The translations under genes were made by a program, and so were the position numbers. Shown here piece by piece: positions 8,601 through 12,192 of a DNA stretch of 12,192 nt. Source of the DNA: Spirulina sp. (GTDB lineage Bacteria; Cyanobacteriota; Cyanobacteriia; Phormidesmidales; Phormidesmidaceae). The stretch is taken from the NCBI GenBank assembly GCA_044070495.1, contig JBIPSI010000062.1, forward strand, positions 1 to 12,192. Reading direction: 5' to 3'. Under the pieces are notes generated by a model that was not told the DNA's origin, did not search any database, and was given only the letters and a program-made list of their open reading frames with translations. The stretch's first letter is position 1. Every line of letters begins with the position of its first letter.

Positions 8601-8791
8601 TCTACCAGCAGAACGTAGCTATTTTCCTCCGCCATCGGGCTTCCCAACTGGGCCAGCACCGATCTCAGGGAGGCCGTGGCGGGCATGACCATCGGCGTCT
8701 TCCCCAAGGCCGATAGGGCATCGGATCGGATGGTGGAGCGACTGGGCAGGAATCTAGGGTCAACCATGGTAGGCACCGCTGTGAAAAGCAT
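5681..8791 (-). CDS. Multi-sensor histidine kinase: CBS domains (two pairs) - DXCF cyanobacteriochrome GAF - PAS - PAS/PAC - HisKA - HATPase
   Basis: CBS motifs (LVGLVTDRD, IHHLPVVD, LVGIVLRRD, LGVITQAD). GAF 'LQADRAVVYQF..EDECF..LSPCH..ANLVVPI..LWGLL..QCSEPRRW'. PAS 'FRSLVEQTNDWVW..YVNP..GY..RDITERK'. H-box SHEFRTPL (His at 6332-6334); N box NLLSNAIKYS; G boxes DRGIGI and GTGLG. Alternative start ATG 8767. Confidence 0.93.
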   Translation of the reverse strand: MLFTAVPTMVDPRFLPSRSTIRSDALSALGKTPMVMPATASLRSVLAQLGSPMAEENSYVLLVDNETLVGLVTDRDAIRLLVNGVSLEDPIAQHMTRQLTQLSWDQPLEPMEIVDLMRQRHIHHLPVVDDQDRPVRMISVESLQLALMPPHLLKLQAVRSRMTPYLATACPTDSTFSVAKQLAEYQITCVAVVEEATNGMSTLVGIVLRRDVLRFQSRQLDLAKLPVQAVMREAQFWLQPSDSLWLAYQEMNQRRLPCLVVVTPQRQPLGVITQADLIHSLDHREVQASLSELWRTFRQSDHDQVALWKTHSAELERLVQTRTKQLEDQVKADRLLTSLTQRIHESLDVQHILSTTVGEVRQLLQADRAVVYQFDGQAKGEIVVESVVPPWGSLLGQVIEDECFAKHWAESYRYGRIQAVEDIHQAGLSPCHIDMLAGLDIRANLVVPIVCDARLWGLLVVNQCSEPRRWHDWEIRLIEQLARSVAIAIRQSEYYHQLQADIEARKGYEQHLQQLNDALEHKVAERTAELQQEVDHRREAEVALAQTNQQLQAMLNAVPAMVSWVSADGHYLGCNHRLAALASLTPEDFVGQPVGFMDQSSPFSAFAERFLQGNAETASEETEFPINGTVNHWLLVAQKYDQGAAAVFVGLDVSDRKRGEAEREAAKIALQLSETKFRSLVEQTNDWVWELDDQFCFSYVNPRATEMLGYPPSEILGHRFSDFMAEDEAIRFSTILSHLIQQRQPFTQIETSALHASDKPVVLEISGSPIFDAEGTFQGYRGITRDITERKQVEMNIRKALTREKELSDLKTRFISMASHEFRTPLTTILASAETLERYSHKFTPEKQQAVLHRIQSSVHHVIGLLNDVLTVGKTEAGKLTCHPAPMDLKQFCQDLVEELQFAQTGPISPIELQCQGDTFHAMADEKLLRHILINLLSNAIKYSPGHQPISFALTCTADATVFAVQDRGIGIPAEDQAQLFEAFHRADNVGNISGTGLGMVIAKRAAEAHQGRIAFTSTVGVGTTFTVTLPLAFTE

Positions 8792-9103
8792 CGGAGTTGC
8801 AAAGGTGCAGCGGGTGCAATCTCCTTACTCCTACCCTACGCGCTAGGCCCAATCCTCTGTATCAGGTGATCCCTGATCTTGCCGGTAAAAGACCCTGATC
8901 CCCGCCTAAATCAACCCGCTTTCCCCTTGAGAGGACGTTTGAAAAGGCGAATAAAGCCGTAGTGGGTGATGCGCCAAAAGTCGGTATGAGGGGCGGTGGT
9001 GAGGGTAAGATTTTGCTCGGTTTGTGCCCAGTGGGGCGGTTCATTGAGCCATTGCATGGGGGTTTTCTCTCGGTTGTTGTTTAACGTGTTGGTTTAACTC
9101 AGG

Positions 9104-9122
9104 TCACAATTCGTCATTGTGA
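9104..9122. promoter_or_regulatory. Inverted repeat TCACAAT-N5-ATTGTGA in the divergent HK/MFS promoter region
   Basis: Perfect 7-bp arms; preceded by GTTTAAC direct repeats at 9079-9085 and 9092-9098. Confidence 0.4.
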
Positions 9123-9240
9123 TCGTTAGCGATGGCAGGGGGGCTCGTTTGATGGGTGCTGGGTTAACCGGGGGCACTGTTCATCAGTGGGGTCGCCAGG
9201 TGTGGTGATGAGTCGTCATCGCGAGTTAGGAGTGTGACCC

Positions 9241-9786
9241 ATGTGTCCTTTGGTCAAGCCATTACTGCCCCGCTGGACGGGCATCGCAATTTACGGCTAT
9301 GCCTTTGTGGCCATCGGCATTGCCGAGGCAGGGTTGGGCGTTTTGCTGCCCTCGATTTTGGTGGCCTATGGCCTCACGCCAGCGACGGTAACCCTCCTGT
9401 TTATCAGCCAAATCAGCGGCTATATTACCGCTGCCCTTACCAGTAGTGTGGTCACCGAGCGGCTGGGCCTAGGAAAAATGTTACTGTTGGCGGCCAGTCT
9501 GCTCACAGGGGCGCTGCTGACCTATGCCCTTTCGCCCACTTGGGGGCTGACGGTGGCGGCGATGTTTCCTAAGGTGATTTGGCTAATTCCGAAGCGGTTG
9601 CCGGAGGCGATGGTTCCAGCGGCGGTGAGTTTCGCCACCAGTGCCGCCAGCGTGGGGGCAGCGCTGATTCCGGCGGGGGTGGGCTGGGTCTCCGTGTCCG
9701 CAGGGCTAGAGGTGGTGCCCCTGCTGATGCTGCCCCTGGCCATCACCCTGGCGGGTTTGCACGGGTGGCTGGTGCGCTCGGCCTAG
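9241..9786 (+). pseudogene. MFS transporter with large in-frame internal deletion (about TM1-3 fused to TM10-12); open frame, possibly non-functional
   Basis: AGGAG RBS at 9228-9232. MFS N-terminus 'GLGVLLPSI..YGL' and motif-A-like 'VTERLGLGK', then an abrupt jump at 'SPTW|GLTVAAMFP' to C-terminal-type helices. 181 aa versus ~400 aa for a typical 12-TM MFS. Confidence 0.7.
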
Positions 9787-9819
9787 CCCTGGAGTGCCTG
9801 AAGTCAACTTGCCTGTAGC

Positions 9820-11268
9820 CTACTGAATCCTAGGTGCAACGGTGCTTTGGCCGCTCTGAATCAGGGTGAGGCTTTCCACGGTGCCATCGGCACATGGGGT
9901 AAAGATCACCTCCAATTCTGGGGCGAGGGCGAAGAATTCGGTATCAGACTTTGGATAGAGGGCGATGGCGGGCTGGCCCGTGCCCTGGGCGTAGAGTTGG
10001 CCATCTTCCACGGTAATGGTGATCTGAAACACCGAGGAAAACTGGTAGGTGCCCAGGTAGCACGCTAGGATCGCCCCATCCACCGTCACCGCATCGAGGG
10101 CCTGGGGTAGGTCGTAGGGTTCGCCTAGCAAAATGGAAGCTAGCCCCGCCGAAATTTGCTCCGGGTTAATCGATTCCACATTGCTAAGTACCACGATGGT
10201 GGCGTCCTGATTGGGCAGGTACAGCAAACTGCTGACGAAACCGCTAATGCCGCCACCGTGGGCGATGCGGGGCGATGCCGAGGTATCTATCCCCAGCCCA
10301 TAGCCGTAGGCCAGATGGGGTAATCCAGGAATACCGAGGGACGCCTGGGGCGCGGTCATGGCGGCAACGGTCGCTTCGCTCAACACGGCTCGATCTTCCG
10401 GGCTACCCCTAAAGAGGGCCTGGTTCCAGCGCACCAAATCGCCCACGGTGGAATACAGCCCCCCAGCCCCCTGGGCGGCGGTGGGATTGGCGACGGGCAC
10501 GGTCTGATAGTCGCGCATGGTGCCCCGATAGCCCTGGGCCAAACCTGGCACAGCGGACGGCTCGTAGCCCGTGTTGTCCAATCCCAGGGGCGTGAGCAAA
10601 TTGTCCTGAATGTAATCGCCGTAGGATTGGCCCGATACGGTTTCAAGCACCTGGGTCAGCAGGATGTAGCCGGAATTGCTGTAGCGGTGCTGGCTCCCTG
10701 GCTCAAACTCTAGGGGCAAATCCCGAAAGCGGGCGATCAGTTCCCCTAGGGTGGCGGGCCGCTGCATCCAGTCAAAATACTCCGGCGTGCTGGTGAGGTT
10801 GGGCAATCCGGCGGTGTGGGTCAGCAGGTGGTGCAGGGTGATGGTGTCGTTGGGGTAGTCGGGCAGGTAGGTTTTCACCGGAGCCTGGACATCGAGCATT
10901 CCTCGCTCTTGCAGTTGCAGAATGGCGGCGGCTGTGAATTGCTTGGTCAGCGAACCCATGCGAAAGCGGGTTTGGGGCGTGTTGGGGACTTCCTGCGACA
11001 AATCCGCCATGCCGTAGCCCAGGTTCAAGAGGGTTTCGCCATCGCGCACCACCATCACGCTGCCCATAAACTGTCGATGGTCGGTGTGGGCCTGCAAAAA
11101 GGCTTCCATCTCGGCAACGAGGGGATTAACGGCGAGGGGCGAGGAGTCGGCAACAGAAGTCATAGCAGCGGCGGGTAGGGGGGATAGGGGGGCGATAGCG
11201 GCAGGCAACGGTTGGCCCAGCTTGAGGGACAGACCTAGGGCTAGGCCCAAACCTAATTTAGAAGTCAT
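9820..11268 (-). CDS. Serine hydrolase, beta-lactamase class C/AmpC-like family, with C-terminal DUF3471-like domain
   Basis: SxxK 'FRMGSLTKQF', 'LLTHTAGL', YxN 'YSNSGY', 'HGGGISGF'. C-terminal 'YLGTYQF..ITVEDGQLYAQGTGQP..LYPKSDTEFF'. Signal-peptide-like N-terminus. Confidence 0.9.
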   Translation of the reverse strand: MTSKLGLGLALGLSLKLGQPLPAAIAPLSPLPAAAMTSVADSSPLAVNPLVAEMEAFLQAHTDHRQFMGSVMVVRDGETLLNLGYGMADLSQEVPNTPQTRFRMGSLTKQFTAAAILQLQERGMLDVQAPVKTYLPDYPNDTITLHHLLTHTAGLPNLTSTPEYFDWMQRPATLGELIARFRDLPLEFEPGSQHRYSNSGYILLTQVLETVSGQSYGDYIQDNLLTPLGLDNTGYEPSAVPGLAQGYRGTMRDYQTVPVANPTAAQGAGGLYSTVGDLVRWNQALFRGSPEDRAVLSEATVAAMTAPQASLGIPGLPHLAYGYGLGIDTSASPRIAHGGGISGFVSSLLYLPNQDATIVVLSNVESINPEQISAGLASILLGEPYDLPQALDAVTVDGAILACYLGTYQFSSVFQITITVEDGQLYAQGTGQPAIALYPKSDTEFFALAPELEVIFTPCADGTVESLTLIQSGQSTVAPRIQ

Positions 11269-11724
11269 GGTGAAACGATTCCTGAAACGATTTCCGAAGG
11301 ATGTTCAAACTCGCGCAAATTGGGTCATTTTCTTAGAAATAAGCCAGGATAAATGGCAGATAACCCGTTGAAGCACCTCATTACAGGCGCAGACAGGCTT
11401 GGGGTGTCGTCGCCCCCTCACCCCGATTCAAACACACCCGATCCCCCGAAGGAACAGGGGCCGGACGGGTAAGGGCTGGGCTAGGGGGCATCGGCGGACG
11501 GAGAAAAAGCAGGGCCTCATCCTGGGCCACAAACCACATCAGCGCCGCTCCGGCCCCACCGCTGATGACACCGCCACCTCTAGCCCCGTCATCCAAGACG
11601 ATAGGGACGCTGACCGAGGGCGGTAGGAACGTACTGAAGGACGGTAACCGTGGACAAAGAACATCGGGGCTGAACTGAACTCGACTCCCCTACCCCAGGC
11701 GAGGTGCCCTGAGCGCTCCTTCCT

Positions 11725-12023
11725 ATGCACCCCTCGACAGGGAATATCGGGCAGCCAACGGGTTAGACTCGCCTCCCCCCGTTGGCGCAAGGCCATCACC
11801 ATCCACAGGCCGGTCGTCAGATGGGCACGATGCGCCCAGGACACCGATTGACCTAGCCAAGCGTTCAAGGCATCGTAGAGGGGGGAGTTTTTTTCACAGC
11901 GTTTATGCTTTTGAGTGGTATCTAAGCTTAGAACGCTGCCTCCCCTCTTCTTCCTCAATGTCCTGAAACCGCCACGGTGTAAGCTCTTCCACAGCTTTCT
12001 GGAAACTTTTGCCAGTCAACCAG
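11725..12023 (-). mobile_element. Truncated IS4-like element: left end plus 5' fragment of transposase (pseudogene)
   Basis: Terminal IR at 12005-12023. 'KNSPLYDALNAWLGQ..WAHRAHLTTGLWMVMAL..SLTRWLPDIPCRG' resembles the N-terminus of a cyanobacterial DDE transposase (from memory); similarity is lost near 11725 (approximate boundary). GTG at 11895-11897 is out of frame by one base across an A7 run. Confidence 0.7.
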
Positions 12024-12072
12024 AGTCTAACCAGAGACTGAGGAGTCTAACGGCTGGTTGACTGACAAAACT
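12005..12072. repeat. Pair of 19-bp IS terminal inverted repeats (17/19 match) separated by 30 bp
   Basis: acttttgccagtcaaccag (12005-12023; reverse complement ctggttgactggcaaaagt) versus ctggttgactgacaaaact (12054-12072). Confidence 0.85.
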
Positions 12073-12192
12073 AGTCGGCAGCATAGCAGTACGTGTGTAT
12101 TTTGAACTCGATACGGTCGGTACGCAGGTCATGCTGTTTGCAAGAGGCCATGGCGGGTTCAGGGTCGCGGTTGTGGGTGAACCGGATGTGGC
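12054..12192 (-). mobile_element. Right end of a second IS4-like element with transposase C-terminus (continues beyond the window)
   Basis: Minus-strand 12190-12071 reads HIRFTHNRDPEPAMASCKQHDLRTDRIEFKIHTYCYAAD*; the stop TAG overlaps the IR at 12054-12072. Not in the supplied ORF track. Confidence 0.72.

Noticed and set aside
9079..9122. CRP/SyCRP site or Pho box
   Set aside because: Half-sites are in the opposite order and spacing to TGTGA-N6-TCACA, and the TTAAC repeats have a 13-bp rather than 11-bp period.
9820..11268. Antibiotic-resistance beta-lactamase call
   Set aside because: Motifs define only the broad serine hydrolase family (HGG rather than KTG third motif); substrate cannot be inferred.
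11381..11626. Short ORFs of 71 and 75 aa
   Set aside because: Low-complexity translations with no motifs; probably non-coding or decayed sequence.

Overview
GC-rich cyanobacterial chromosomal window, probably from a filamentous Leptolyngbya/Nodosilinea-like organism (inferred from gene content only). Left to right: a minus-strand yqjD/elaB-like + yqjE/holin-like membrane pair; a ~665-bp divergent region with several palindromes; the clock gene pex followed by ccb1; a minus-strand signalling cluster; an internally deleted half-size MFS gene; an AmpC-like serine hydrolase; and two tandem IS4-like elements (one remnant, one running off the edge) with closely spaced inverted-repeat ends. The signalling cluster is the best candidate for an undescribed system. 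It comprises a CBS-DXCF cyanobacteriochrome GAF-PAS-PAS histidine kinase, a REC-kinase hybrid lacking its phospho-accepting His, and a pentapeptide-repeat protein, and it converges on pex-ccb1. All family calls come from motif recognition by eye; no searches were run.
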